Shown here: positions 9,241-21,200 of the stretch, in pieces
Layout: each line of letters opens with the position of its first letter
How positions within the stretch are numbered: the stretch's first letter is position 1
Assembly: GCA_964344485.1 (NCBI GenBank)
Contig: CAYFNF010000003.1
Location: forward strand, 148,467 to 212,466
DNA length: 64,000 nt
Direction of reading: 5' to 3'
Source of the DNA: an uncultured Gammaproteobacteria bacterium
Lineage (GTDB): Bacteria > Patescibacteriota > Patescibacteriia > UBA9570 > XYC2-FULL-38-9
Program-made: the position numbers and the translations under genes
Notes under the pieces: generated by a model
Told to the model about the DNA's origin: nothing
Databases searched by the model: none
Seen by the model: the letters and a program-made list of their open reading frames with translations, nothing else

Positions 9241-9915
9241 CTATTCGTCTTCGGATGCTGCTACTTCTTCTTTATACTCATCCAAAGTAATGCATGTTTG
9301 GTTTGCCCGGTCCCAACACTTACCTTCTCCACATGCGCAGTCATCAGTAGACCCTTGCCCACAGGTTAACCCTTCACCGCTGGCAATAGCTTCTTCTCGC
9401 GCTACCTGTGTTGCACAAGTGCCGGTGCATGTGGTGGGGTACTCAATCCAATCCCCGCCTTCAGCATTACATGCAGCAGCTTCTTCCTTGTCATGCTCTT
9501 TTGGGATTACGGTAAAATCCACAGGCGCTTCCTCTTCAACTGGTTCATCCGGCGTCTCAATTGCCATCTTGTACTCTTCCATTGTCATACAAGCTTCATG
9601 AATATCGTTCCAGCATAGGTTGTTACCGCAATCACAAGATACCCTCTCGGAAAACCCACATATAGGGTCATTTGTTTCGTTGAACACCGCTTCTCTGCAC
9701 GTATCAGTACAGCCAGAAAACAGTTCCCACGAACCTCCTGAATCTACACATCCTTCTATTTGGTCCCTGGTGGCGGTACCGCCTTTTTCTGCTTGCTTTA
9801 TCGCGTACGAAGTTGAGTTGTAATAGATGAAAAGACCGATAAAAACCAATGCTGATATTGCAAAAACAGTTATGACAGTAGCTATCAATATCACATCCAA
9901 TGGAGGGCGCTTCAT
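9241..9915 (-). CDS. membrane-anchored cysteine-rich protein with internally duplicated about 60-aa Cys module
   Basis: N-terminal TM helix; two copies of GG.W..(x)C..TC......C......C.CG...CWD.....C.T..EYK. Confidence 0.5.
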   Translation of the reverse strand: MKRPPLDVILIATVITVFAISALVFIGLFIYYNSTSYAIKQAEKGGTATRDQIEGCVDSGGSWELFSGCTDTCREAVFNETNDPICGFSERVSCDCGNNLCWNDIHEACMTMEEYKMAIETPDEPVEEEAPVDFTVIPKEHDKEEAAACNAEGGDWIEYPTTCTGTCATQVAREEAIASGEGLTCGQGSTDDCACGEGKCWDRANQTCITLDEYKEEVAASEDE

Positions 9916-9925
9916 ACCGTTCTTT

Positions 9926-11320
<1,395 letters not shown>

Positions 11321-11323
11321 ACG

Positions 11324-13114
11324 TTATCCTAACTTTCGTAAAGATTCCGTGAGTACACGAAATTCTTCTGAAAGCTGCTCGATCGTAGCATTATCATTAC
11401 TTTGTTCAGCTGTTGCAAGATCCTGTTCGATCTTCTTCAGCTGTCGTTGTATGCGAAATCGCTCTAAGCTTTCTAATAGAGTGAGCAGTTCTTGTTGTAT
11501 TTCTCTTGTTTCACGCTCACTATAGAGCTCTTCTCCGATGAGTTGAAGTTGCTGCCATTTGGATGACAATTGTGATGATTCAAACTCAACTGCATCTGGA
11601 GAAAAAGTACCTGCTTGATTATAATGGGATTCTATTTTTTTGTAAAGGTCTTGGAGTTCAGGGTCATGAATCGTATCTGACCGGACTTTCTCAGCAATCG
11701 CTGTAAATTCATCAGGTTTTACAGTAATTAGGGCAAGTAATCGCTCGACAGTCATATATTCCCGGTTGGGTTTTACTGTTTTTTGTGGTGTTTCTGTTGC
11801 ATCGCCCTTTGAGCCTCGCGCTTGGCTTTTTTGTTGTTTCTTGTTCATACTGCCTATCTTCTCTTGTAGTACGTCTGGGGTTACATCCAGAACCTCAGCG
11901 AGTTTTTTTACATAATGTGTTTGCTCAATTCTATCAGGGAACAGCGCAAGCATGGGCAGAAGCTCTTGTGCTGCCTTTTTCTTGTGATGCACATTGGTGA
12001 GATCAAGTGGCTCTAGAACAGAATCAAATGCATACTCCATGAACGGTTTTGCGTTTACAGCTCGATCGCGGAACTCTTGCGGGTCTTTCTTGATTAGATC
12101 GTCTGGATCTTGGCCTGGCGGAAGAATAAGGACTTTGATATTCATTCCTTGCTGGATCGCGAGCTGCATTCCTCGCCATGCAGCAGAGAGTCCTGCGGTG
12201 TCAGCGTCGAACGCTAAAATCACATTCGCAGAGTAGCGCTTGAGTAAACGGACCTGCTCTTCAGTGAGCGCGGTCCCGGATGCAGAGACCACGTTGCGGA
12301 ATTTCGCTTGATACGCAGTGATCACATCGGTGTAGCCTTCTACAATAACGGTCGCGTCCATCTTCTGAATATACTTCTTTGCCAAATGCAATCCATACAG
12401 TACTGCGCTCTTGTTATAAACCGGGGTCTGCGGAGAATTAATATACTTTGCTTCTTTCTCTTCTGGATTTAACGTGCGTCCGCCGAATCCAATGATGTTT
12501 CCATGTGCATTGTGAATAGGAAATAGTAACCGGCCACGAAATCGGTCGTAATACCCGCCGGTTTTCTCTGACGGCACAATCAGTCCGCTGCGTTCAATCT
12601 CCTTCTCTTTATAACCGTTCTTTTTTAAGTGATTCATCAACGCGTCCCATGAGTCCAAGCTGTAGCCGATCTGAAACAACTCAACCGTCTCTTTTTGAAT
12701 TCCCCGGTCAGTAATATACCTTCGAGCGTTCTCTGCTTCTTGTGCGTTTTGTAGCTGTGCTTGAAAGAAAGAATTTGCTTCTTTGAGGCAGTCCAGGAGA
12801 CGTGTCTTTTCATTATGTTCTCTTGGATTTGTTGGTCGTAACTCCACATTTGCTTTCTGTGCAAGAATACGCAATGCTTCTGCGAATTCTATAGATTCAA
12901 TCTCTTGGACGAACGTAAAGAGGTCGCCACCCTTGCCACATCCAAAACAGTGGAACATCTGCTTGGGTTCAGAGACCATAAAACTCGGTGTTTTCTCATT
13001 ATGGAATGGGCACCGTGCTTTGTGATTTGCGCCTGCTTTTTTTAGTGAAACGTACTCTTGGACTACGTCCACTATGTTCAAGCGTTCTTTGATCTCCTCG
13101 ACTGGTGTAGGCAT
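11324..13114 (-). CDS. dnaG: DNA primase DnaG
   Basis: CHC2 zinc finger CPFHNEKTPSFMV..FHCFGCG, RNA polymerase domain, TOPRIM VIVEGYTDV; dnaG-rpoD synteny. Confidence 0.9.
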   Translation of the reverse strand: MPTPVEEIKERLNIVDVVQEYVSLKKAGANHKARCPFHNEKTPSFMVSEPKQMFHCFGCGKGGDLFTFVQEIESIEFAEALRILAQKANVELRPTNPREHNEKTRLLDCLKEANSFFQAQLQNAQEAENARRYITDRGIQKETVELFQIGYSLDSWDALMNHLKKNGYKEKEIERSGLIVPSEKTGGYYDRFRGRLLFPIHNAHGNIIGFGGRTLNPEEKEAKYINSPQTPVYNKSAVLYGLHLAKKYIQKMDATVIVEGYTDVITAYQAKFRNVVSASGTALTEEQVRLLKRYSANVILAFDADTAGLSAAWRGMQLAIQQGMNIKVLILPPGQDPDDLIKKDPQEFRDRAVNAKPFMEYAFDSVLEPLDLTNVHHKKKAAQELLPMLALFPDRIEQTHYVKKLAEVLDVTPDVLQEKIGSMNKKQQKSQARGSKGDATETPQKTVKPNREYMTVERLLALITVKPDEFTAIAEKVRSDTIHDPELQDLYKKIESHYNQAGTFSPDAVEFESSQLSSKWQQLQLIGEELYSERETREIQQELLTLLESLERFRIQRQLKKIEQDLATAEQSNDNATIEQLSEEFRVLTESLRKLG

Positions 13115-13196
13115 ATCAGTACATAGACACTACCAGAAAAACCGCTGTATTGACAAGCGGCTTTATGAGGACAGATTGGGGATTTCCGGAAATATA

Positions 13197-13892
13197 TTAT
13201 GCAATTTTTGTGCCAAGTACCTTCTTTATTAGCACCGCACCATACATGATTGCGGTCATGATGGCCAATAGAATTGCGGCGATACTCAGAGCAAAAGCAA
13301 CAAATGAATTAATACCAGCGAGCTGAGGGATAAACACTGATGCAAGAATATATAGCACAAGAATTACTGCAACATTCTTAATGTCTTGTTTGGACGGAGC
13401 GAACGTTGCTAGGACGTTAATGAGACAAAACAGATAGACCCAGAACTTCCATGTGGCTAGCGCTGCCCACTGAAAGAACAGTGCTGGATGAATCATGCTT
13501 TTTACCAGTGTATACGTTGCGCTCCAGTCGCTATTCATTGCCACACGCATGAGCTCTTTGAAATCCATCCATGTTAGAGAGAAATACCAAAATGAAAGCA
13601 CTATCAAAAGTACGGTACCGACAAACAGCGGTGCTAAAGAGATGATGAATGCTCCAAGCAACGGAATGGGTGACTTTCCATGACGCACATGACCTTCTTG
13701 CCACCCGACTTTAAACTCAGATACAGGTGCGCGCATGAGCTTACATCCAATATAATGTGATGCTTCATGCACAAATACGCCCGGCCATAGCAGCCAACGA
13801 AAGATCTTGAGCCGCAACAACTGCAAATTGAAGAAGTAGCTCACTACCTCTATTCCGATGAACAAACTGACGACGATAATAAGAGGAATCAT
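13197..13892 (-). CDS. polytopic membrane protein with HExxH motif (M50-like/putative zincin membrane metalloprotease)
   Basis: HEASH adjacent to TM helix, multiple TM segments; family assignment tentative. Confidence 0.4.
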   Translation of the reverse strand: MIPLIIVVSLFIGIEVVSYFFNLQLLRLKIFRWLLWPGVFVHEASHYIGCKLMRAPVSEFKVGWQEGHVRHGKSPIPLLGAFIISLAPLFVGTVLLIVLSFWYFSLTWMDFKELMRVAMNSDWSATYTLVKSMIHPALFFQWAALATWKFWVYLFCLINVLATFAPSKQDIKNVAVILVLYILASVFIPQLAGINSFVAFALSIAAILLAIMTAIMYGAVLIKKVLGTKIA

Positions 13893-13896
13893 ATGT

Positions 13897-14469
13897 TTAG
13901 AATCCTAATTCATCAGCGATTTCTTGCATGGCAGCAATCGCGAGTGTGAAGAACTCGCTGCGCTCTAGTCCTGTTTTCTCTATATCGTTTATTAAATCTC
14001 GATTCACCTTAGCTGCAAAAGACTTATCTTTGAATTTCTTCGTAATGGACTTCGCTTTTACTCCTTCCAACTTCTTATCTGGACGCATTAAGGTGTACGC
14101 AACGATAAGACCAGTCAAGTTCTCAGCTGCTGATAGGCAATAATCAAGCTTGGATTCGCGCGCTACTTTAGTGTATTCCTCATTATGAGAGAGAATCGCT
14201 TGCTTCATCTCATCCGGAATCGCAAGTCCAGCGTCAGTCAATATTTGAATAGTCGTCGGCCCGTGCGCATCAGCATTGTTCTCGCCAGTTTGTTCAAAAT
14301 CTAGATCATGCAGCAAGCCAGTCACACCCCAGAACTCTTCATCCTCTTCAAAGTGCTTTGCGAGCGCGCGCATAATGACCTCGGTCTCACGTGAATGCTT
14401 GAGCATGAAATCTTCTTTCAAGTGCTCTGTAAGAAGGTCCTGTGCTTGTTCGATCGTTGGATAATTCAT
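13897..14469 (-). CDS. HD-domain phosphohydrolase
   Basis: H...HD motif (KHSRETE...LLHDLDF); start moved to MNYPT (14469) because the longer ORF overlaps the adjacent tRNA-Ser gene. Confidence 0.6.
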   Translation of the reverse strand: MNYPTIEQAQDLLTEHLKEDFMLKHSRETEVIMRALAKHFEEDEEFWGVTGLLHDLDFEQTGENNADAHGPTTIQILTDAGLAIPDEMKQAILSHNEEYTKVARESKLDYCLSAAENLTGLIVAYTLMRPDKKLEGVKAKSITKKFKDKSFAAKVNRDLINDIEKTGLERSEFFTLAIAAMQEIADELGF

Positions 14470-14488
14470 AGTTATTTTGCTAATGATG

Positions 14489-14573
14489 CGGTGGGAATGG
14501 GATTTGAACCCATGGTACATTTCTGCACACACGCACTCCAAGCGTGCGCCTTAAACCACTCGGCCATCCCACC
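14489..14573 (-). tRNA. tRNA-Ser (anticodon GGA), type II with long variable arm
   Basis: Reverse complement: acceptor GGTGGGA/TCCCACC, D-arm GCCGAGTGGTTTAAGGC, anticodon stem CACGC/GCGTG loop TTGGAGT, long variable arm, T-loop TTCAAAT. Confidence 0.8.
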
Positions 14574-14670
14574 ATATATTGTTTCAGTCCGCGTGCCAGG
14601 TCAGCCGACCAGAGCAAAGGACGCCTCTGTACAATAAAAGGCTTTGATTGTCCAGTCAAGCGCTGAGAAG

Positions 14671-17600
14671 CTATTCACTAGCCTGTTCCGCGCTTGGAAG
14701 CACAAATTCCATAATCGCGGCTCTCCTATATGTGTTGTAATCACTCAGCTTTCCACCGAATGAATCACTATATTGATATTCGTTCTGTGTACGTGCAATA
14801 TACATATCTCGCTCCTCTCCTTTGTTCTCTTCAGTATCTCCGCGAACAGTTGCACCGCGACGCGCCGCTTCTTCATAGAATGCTTGTAACGCCTGTTCGC
14901 ACCATACATGTGGAGTGATGGACACACTCGCTCCACAACTCTCTGCTTTATTAAATGCGAGCTGAGCAAATGCTTGATAGACACGCGGATGATCGATGGT
15001 TTTGTATGCAGGTTCAAGGAATAGTGTCGGATGCTCACCTTCTGTATTAGTTTCTCGAATCTGAGTAATACGCTCTACACATCGCAGTAGTATCTCGCCT
15101 TCTTCACCGCGTACATTAATTCCTTTTTTATTTGCATCCACAACATACGACAATAAGCATTCGTTGTATGCACCGCGCTTCCAGCTCTGGCACGTTTCAG
15201 ATGGTTCGGTTCCTAGTCTAATCATGCGTAATTCATCATCAAACTCCTCAGCTGTGACCGTTCCAACTTCGCTGACCGTGAATGGACGGTATAGCTGGTT
15301 CACGTCCGACGCGACTTGATGAAGACTCGCTGCTTCGCACTGCTGTTGCAAGCGCATGGCCATTCGCAGGACTGCACCACGTTCCAGAGGAGTGGCAGTA
15401 AGCTGCTCTCTGACTGCAGCGAGTTGGCGGGCGATCGCTGTAACTGCATCATCATCCGTGCGATCTGCGGTGAACTCTGCAAAATGTGCATCTGCATCAT
15501 CGAGCAGCCCGAGTGCAGCGGAACGTTGCTGCTCTAATAAGTCCTGCTCTTCATCTGAACGCTCTACTTGCACAGCGTCTTCGGTCTCAATCCAATGTTC
15601 ACGCTGATCACCTAGGAAACCAATCTGATCTTCTGCGCACTCATGCGTATATTTCCAAGAGGCAAAATCTCCCACTACATGATGTTCAATCACGCTACGC
15701 AACGCCTCGACTGGATCATCAACTTTCTTTGCTTCAAATGAGAGCAATAGGGTAGTACTCATATCTAGGAAGCCTGAACGATCATGCGCATCAATATTAT
15801 CTGCAATCGCATGACCGATCTCTGCGCTCACTCCGAGACGATCAGTAAGTACCGTAGCAACTCGGTCTCTGTAGTGTTCAGTTGGGCCAACCAATCCAGT
15901 TAATTCTTGCTCTTCTTTTATCAGTGCTCGTCGTCTGGTGCGAATTGCTTTACGTGTAGGTGGATCCAATCTCGGTAGAATCAATTCGATATTAGCAAGC
16001 GCTGCGCGAATTGCCTCTAAACGTTCAGTTGGATCATAGTCATACTCCATGCATCCAAACCGTTCTAGCATTTCAAACGAACGAAACATCTCTCGAACAC
16101 GTCGTGGATCATCACGTGTATCACGGTAACGCTGCATCATATCCTGAAGAACAGCAGCTCCTTGTTCACCTTGTGCTCGCATACGCAGGAATCCTTGCAA
16201 CAGAATACCCCTACTTTGATGAGATCTCCGTACTTTCTTGTGCGCCAAGAGCCGGCGAAAATTATCCATTGCATCCCCTTCTTCCTGTCCAATTGCTTCT
16301 TGCCCTATTTGTTCCATAAACTCAGGGTTAGCAGCGAGCGCAGCAGTTAAACCATGTATAGTCCACCACGGCGTCATGTCTCTGGCTTCTAGTACTCTAC
16401 GCTCTACTTCTTCGCGCTGTCGAAGTAGTATTCCGACAGAAGTACCATCCGGTAACAGCCCGGCCACAAATGCACTGCGCTCAGGCATGTCCATAAAGCT
16501 AAACATCTCTGGTACTTCAGTGTCAGAGAACAGATCTGCGAGTTGAGCGCGCGCTACAAAGAACTCGCCTTTTGACAGCAAACGAGTCCGTCCATATACA
16601 TCACTTGTTTCTTGATAGAGTACAGAATCTTCATCTACCATCTGTGCGATTAATGCACGTTCAATGCCAGGCATCGCTTCTAAATGCGCGCGTCCTTCCT
16701 CTGACTGAGCCAATCGTCTAATAATAGAAAATATCAGCACCGTGGTATGACCGGATCCAGCATAGAAGATATGCTCTAATAGCGGCTCGATAGCTTTAGG
16801 ATTTCCTAGTTTTCCTAGGTCCATCGCTGCATCTGTACCGTGGCCAGATTCGCGTCCACCTGGACGAATCATATCCCGCATCAGAGTTTCAATGAGAAAC
16901 TCTTCGAACTCTTCGAACTCTTCATCAGTCGCAATAGCTGCGACTTCAGGGTCGTCACGTAATAGACGTATGCGCTGTGTTCCACGTAGAATTTTTATCA
17001 GCTCATCATTGTTCCCGACATGTTGAATTGCGTCATCACGCAACGATCTACGTTGATGTTTAATAGCTGCGGTAGGGCGATCGTACGGTACAACTTCACG
17101 GTTAAAGTCACGATGCGCTCGCCAGTCAGCAAACAAACGCAAGAGATTCCTGGTTTGTTGGTTTGGATTCTCCCAGTTCGATCGGTCGATATCGCTGGGT
17201 GCCCACTCTACAGCCCTTCTCAGCTCTCTGTCTCTATCGTGCAGCATCATAAATCGATCACCAGGGCGGCGCGGAAATTCATCAGTAAGTGCACGGCCAG
17301 CTCTATCCTCCCATCCATTAAAGGTCTGCACTCGCTCACCACCGATGCGCAGATCATCTGGGTGCCTGCTATTACCATCATTCGTCAGTAGCGCGACGAC
17401 CGCTTGTTCCCACTGTCTGATCTGCGGTTCAAGGCCAGGATGCCTCTCTAATAGCTCATCCACAATTGGTTGAATATGCATTTCTCGTAACCGAGCATTA
17501 ATACGATCATGCAGCTCTGTACTCCCCGCAAGGGCATAGAGCTGCTCCTGTTGCTCGACGATCTCGGCTGTACGCTGCTGTGCTTCAGCATACAACCGAT

Positions 17601-18210
17601 CATCAATCACTTCTCTTGCACTCTCTCGTGCTGAACCCAAACTACGACGTCCTTGTCGCGATGAAACACCCTGGTCTGTTTGCAGATCTGCAACTGCTTC
17701 ACGAATGAGCTCCACAATGCGTTCATGTGCTTGCAATTGCGCTACTGCACGTTTGTGTGCTCTACTACATGTTCTGACCAACCAATGTGCTCCTGATAAC
17801 TGACGGGTACGAGCCTGCATCGCTCCGCTTATAACTGCAAGATTGCTTTCAAACGTACGTTCAAACGGCAATTCCACCACAGTAACGTCATACATGCTTA
17901 AGGTGTCAAGTGCTATCTCCTCCCATTCTGTTAAGAATTGAGCGTACTCCTGCTCTATTGCCTGCAATTCCTGTTCGAGCGCTTCTAGGCTTGCTTCAAG
18001 GTGCGCGTTCATTTCATCGTAACTCTCGCCTTGGAATACTTCACGTGCAGCAAGTAGTTCTTCTACACGCTGAGCCACTCCTTCTATGCGTTGCTGCACC
18101 CCTTGAAATCGTTCAAGCATAGCTCTGCCACGTTCAACAAACTGCTCATGATGTTCATGGTACTGAGCCTCTATTGGTGTTTGGTGATTTTCGCGAATAG
18201 GTGCATTCAT
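14671..18210 (-). CDS. giant hypothetical protein (1179 aa): N-terminal coiled-coil, central HEAT/PBS-lyase-like repeat, acidic DEEFEEFEEF patch
   Basis: Uninterrupted ORF 4 nt downstream of the 1849-aa gene; LGKLGNPKAIEPLLE HEAT-like repeat; no catalytic motif recognised. Confidence 0.65.
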   Translation of the reverse strand: MNAPIRENHQTPIEAQYHEHHEQFVERGRAMLERFQGVQQRIEGVAQRVEELLAAREVFQGESYDEMNAHLEASLEALEQELQAIEQEYAQFLTEWEEIALDTLSMYDVTVVELPFERTFESNLAVISGAMQARTRQLSGAHWLVRTCSRAHKRAVAQLQAHERIVELIREAVADLQTDQGVSSRQGRRSLGSARESAREVIDDRLYAEAQQRTAEIVEQQEQLYALAGSTELHDRINARLREMHIQPIVDELLERHPGLEPQIRQWEQAVVALLTNDGNSRHPDDLRIGGERVQTFNGWEDRAGRALTDEFPRRPGDRFMMLHDRDRELRRAVEWAPSDIDRSNWENPNQQTRNLLRLFADWRAHRDFNREVVPYDRPTAAIKHQRRSLRDDAIQHVGNNDELIKILRGTQRIRLLRDDPEVAAIATDEEFEEFEEFLIETLMRDMIRPGGRESGHGTDAAMDLGKLGNPKAIEPLLEHIFYAGSGHTTVLIFSIIRRLAQSEEGRAHLEAMPGIERALIAQMVDEDSVLYQETSDVYGRTRLLSKGEFFVARAQLADLFSDTEVPEMFSFMDMPERSAFVAGLLPDGTSVGILLRQREEVERRVLEARDMTPWWTIHGLTAALAANPEFMEQIGQEAIGQEEGDAMDNFRRLLAHKKVRRSHQSRGILLQGFLRMRAQGEQGAAVLQDMMQRYRDTRDDPRRVREMFRSFEMLERFGCMEYDYDPTERLEAIRAALANIELILPRLDPPTRKAIRTRRRALIKEEQELTGLVGPTEHYRDRVATVLTDRLGVSAEIGHAIADNIDAHDRSGFLDMSTTLLLSFEAKKVDDPVEALRSVIEHHVVGDFASWKYTHECAEDQIGFLGDQREHWIETEDAVQVERSDEEQDLLEQQRSAALGLLDDADAHFAEFTADRTDDDAVTAIARQLAAVREQLTATPLERGAVLRMAMRLQQQCEAASLHQVASDVNQLYRPFTVSEVGTVTAEEFDDELRMIRLGTEPSETCQSWKRGAYNECLLSYVVDANKKGINVRGEEGEILLRCVERITQIRETNTEGEHPTLFLEPAYKTIDHPRVYQAFAQLAFNKAESCGASVSITPHVWCEQALQAFYEEAARRGATVRGDTEENKGEERDMYIARTQNEYQYSDSFGGKLSDYNTYRRAAIMEFVLPSAEQASE

Positions 18211-18214
18211 ATAT

Positions 18215-21200
18215 TTATGTTGTTATCCTACCATATCCCATTACTGTTGGAAGTAGTCTCATTGGGCTAATATCTCGATATCGTGTCTTGCCTGGTTCCC
18301 CGGTTGGCTCTTCCATGCGAGCAAGATACGCCCCGGTTGCTAGAGACTTCATAAATTTCTCGAACCCTTCATGGATTGCGCGTCCTCCTTCAGAGATAAT
18401 CATCAATACCTCTTTATACTTCTCACCGGTTTCCAAGGTGCCTGACACCACCGCAGCAACACGTTCTAACTGTTCTGCTTCAACATCAGGCACAAACGTG
18501 CGAATTCCCTCTTGCACTAACGCCGGGTTCTGGAATTGTGCGAGCATGCCTAAGAATATCTTCTTAATGCTATCAATCTCTGTTTGCGCGATCTCGCCCG
18601 CGCTTCCAAGGTCCAGCTCTCCGAGTTCACCATCTGGCGTGACCACCCAATTTCCTGGGTGCGGATCTGCTTGAAATCGTCCTTTCACGAATATTTGATA
18701 CATGAGCGCGTCAAACGCTTGTACGTGGATATCTTCTAATCGACCGACGAGACCTTCATACGCAGTCATTTCATCTGGCTGCAAGTCGTATTTCGCTTGA
18801 AAATCTGCCAAGGTGCGTCGCCCCATTGCTACGTCAGTTAATTCTCGTAACGACAACCCTCGAATCTCCTCTTCTAATATATGTTCTTCACTGTGATCTA
18901 GGATCTCTGCAATGCGCACCGGGAACAGACGCGCCATAGCTGCTTGTGGGTAGTCTTCCATAGCCGCAGCCACTGCTTCATGATTCCGTACTTCTTCTTG
19001 GAAGTTTGCCTCATCACGTAACCAACGACCGATACGATCTTCCAAACCATCAGGTACAGTAAAATCTGCTTCGCGAAGATTTCCCATAATCCTATTCAGT
19101 ACCCGAAGGTCTTCCCCGAGATGCTTTGCAATAGATGGTCTTCGCACTTTTGCAATCACACGCTGTCCGTCTTCTCTAGTCGCACGATAGACTTGTTTAA
19201 TTGACGCAGCAGAGATTCGTCTGTCCATAGAAACCAGCCGATGTGGATGGCCTTCTTCAAACTGTCCCACTGCTCCCATCATGTGCATGCTGGCAGTACG
19301 GTGGAACGTTTTTGCGTTCTGTTGGAGCTTGCGCAATTCCTCGGCGATGTCATCAGGGAGCAACGGGGTACCGTCCGCGTTCTTTTCTTCAGCTAAGACT
19401 TGGCCTGCTTTAATACCGACTGGCCCGACCGCTTCTAGTAATCCACGCAGGCGTTCTCCAATTGTAGAGTCTCCTTGTCCGCGTAGTACTTCCATCATCT
19501 CGATGTAGACTTTTGCACGTCGGAATGGACCGTACTCTTGTAATGCAGTTGTAAAGATCACTCGTACTGCTTCTCTTCCTCTCTCTCCCAGTGCTTCTGC
19601 TGCTTCAGGTGGAAAGACTCGCTCAAACGATCGATCAATAAATTCTTGGAATATCGCTTCGTCTTCTTCTTCGCGCGGGTCCATGACACCGTTCTCTCCA
19701 AAGAGCAAACGGATATAGGTCTCTTCGCGTTCCTGTGGAGTGGCTGCAAAGAGTAGGTCTGGCATGTCTTCCACTGAGCACTCATTATGTCCACCGAATG
19801 CACGTAATATGCGCGGAGGTTGATCAGTCTCTCCGATAGTCCATAATACAAATTCTTTTCTGTCTTCACGGTTTAAATATGCTAAAACCGAATTGATTTT
19901 CTCTACTGTAGATTGTTGTGATAGTTCTGCGTCCTCGGTGGTGCGTCGTTGTACATCAAAAAGACGGCGTGTGATTTCCCGTGCTTGTGGAGGAGTGCGG
20001 ACTACGCCAGTATCTCCAAGTTGCAATAGCGCTTCACCCCGTACATGTGATGCGTGTGGGTAGAGCTCACTGATACGATCCAATTCGCTCGCAAAGGTCT
20101 CTTCCCCTGTTGCAAGGTGTTCTCGGAATAATGAATTCGCTCTTCGTGACCAAAGCTGCTGATGCGCTTGATCTGCAAACAGTGGAATGGTTCGTTGATA
20201 AAACGTATATAGTTCATGTGCAACATCTGGCTGAATCTCGTTCCCTTCTGGTGCAACAACTTCGTGTCCGTTCGTAGTAAGGCCACGCTCTTGTAGTAAT
20301 GCTGTTTCTATGGCGCCTAATAATTCATCACGATAATTCGTCACCTCTGGAATGAGTTCTTGAACGCGGTCCACTCTTCCAACTGCGGGGATCGAGGGAT
20401 CCGCTGGTAATTGAGTGTAGTCTATATAGAACTCTAGTGCATTGTACCGCTCTGAGTATTTGCGGTCCCCTCGGAATATCGTAGTAAAGCTCGGCGCAGA
20501 AGGATCATACGCTGCAGCATCAGATTCGATATTACGGGGGATCAACTCACTAGTGCTTTTTGAATAATGCGACTCTCGATCTATCGGGTGATAACGTTGA
20601 ACGAATCCACTCTCCACCACCTCATCTGGAAGCGCTCCTGGATGATACACTCGAAAGATGTCGCGAAGCTGCGTATCACGTGTGGAAACTGGAACAAACT
20701 GCGTTATAGCTGCAACACTCTCATCTTCTGATCGCTCATCTGGTTCCACATGCCATCTGCCCCATTGCCATATAATGCCGTGCGCTTCTAGTGCTCGTTG
20801 CATAATTGAATATGTAACCCCGCGATCAATACGATCCACGCCCCATTCTCCACTTCTATCTTCGGCTTGTTTGCATTTCCCTTCTATCTCTACGCAATAC
20901 CGTGCGAGCTCTTCTAGCTCTGGCTGAGTGAGTGCATCAAATGCTGCTTGTAAATCTGCAGCGTGTGGTGAAACGCTGGTATCAAAATTAATCGCGCCGT
21001 CTCGCAGCACTCTCTTCAGCGGCGCAACGATGGAATCGCCTGGATTAAGCACCATATACAACCGAACATACTCAATAGACAGCGAAATGCTATAGATAGC
21101 AGCTGCTTTATCGCGCTCTGTATAATCCTCAACTTCACGTCTGTCGATACAGTCGCTATCCCACTTCGGTACCACATCAAGTGCTGCCTCTAAAAAGTCT

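Noticed and set aside
14470-14541. N-terminal 24 codons of ORF 13897..14541
   Set aside because: Overlaps tRNA-Ser(GGA); start moved to internal ATG at 14469.
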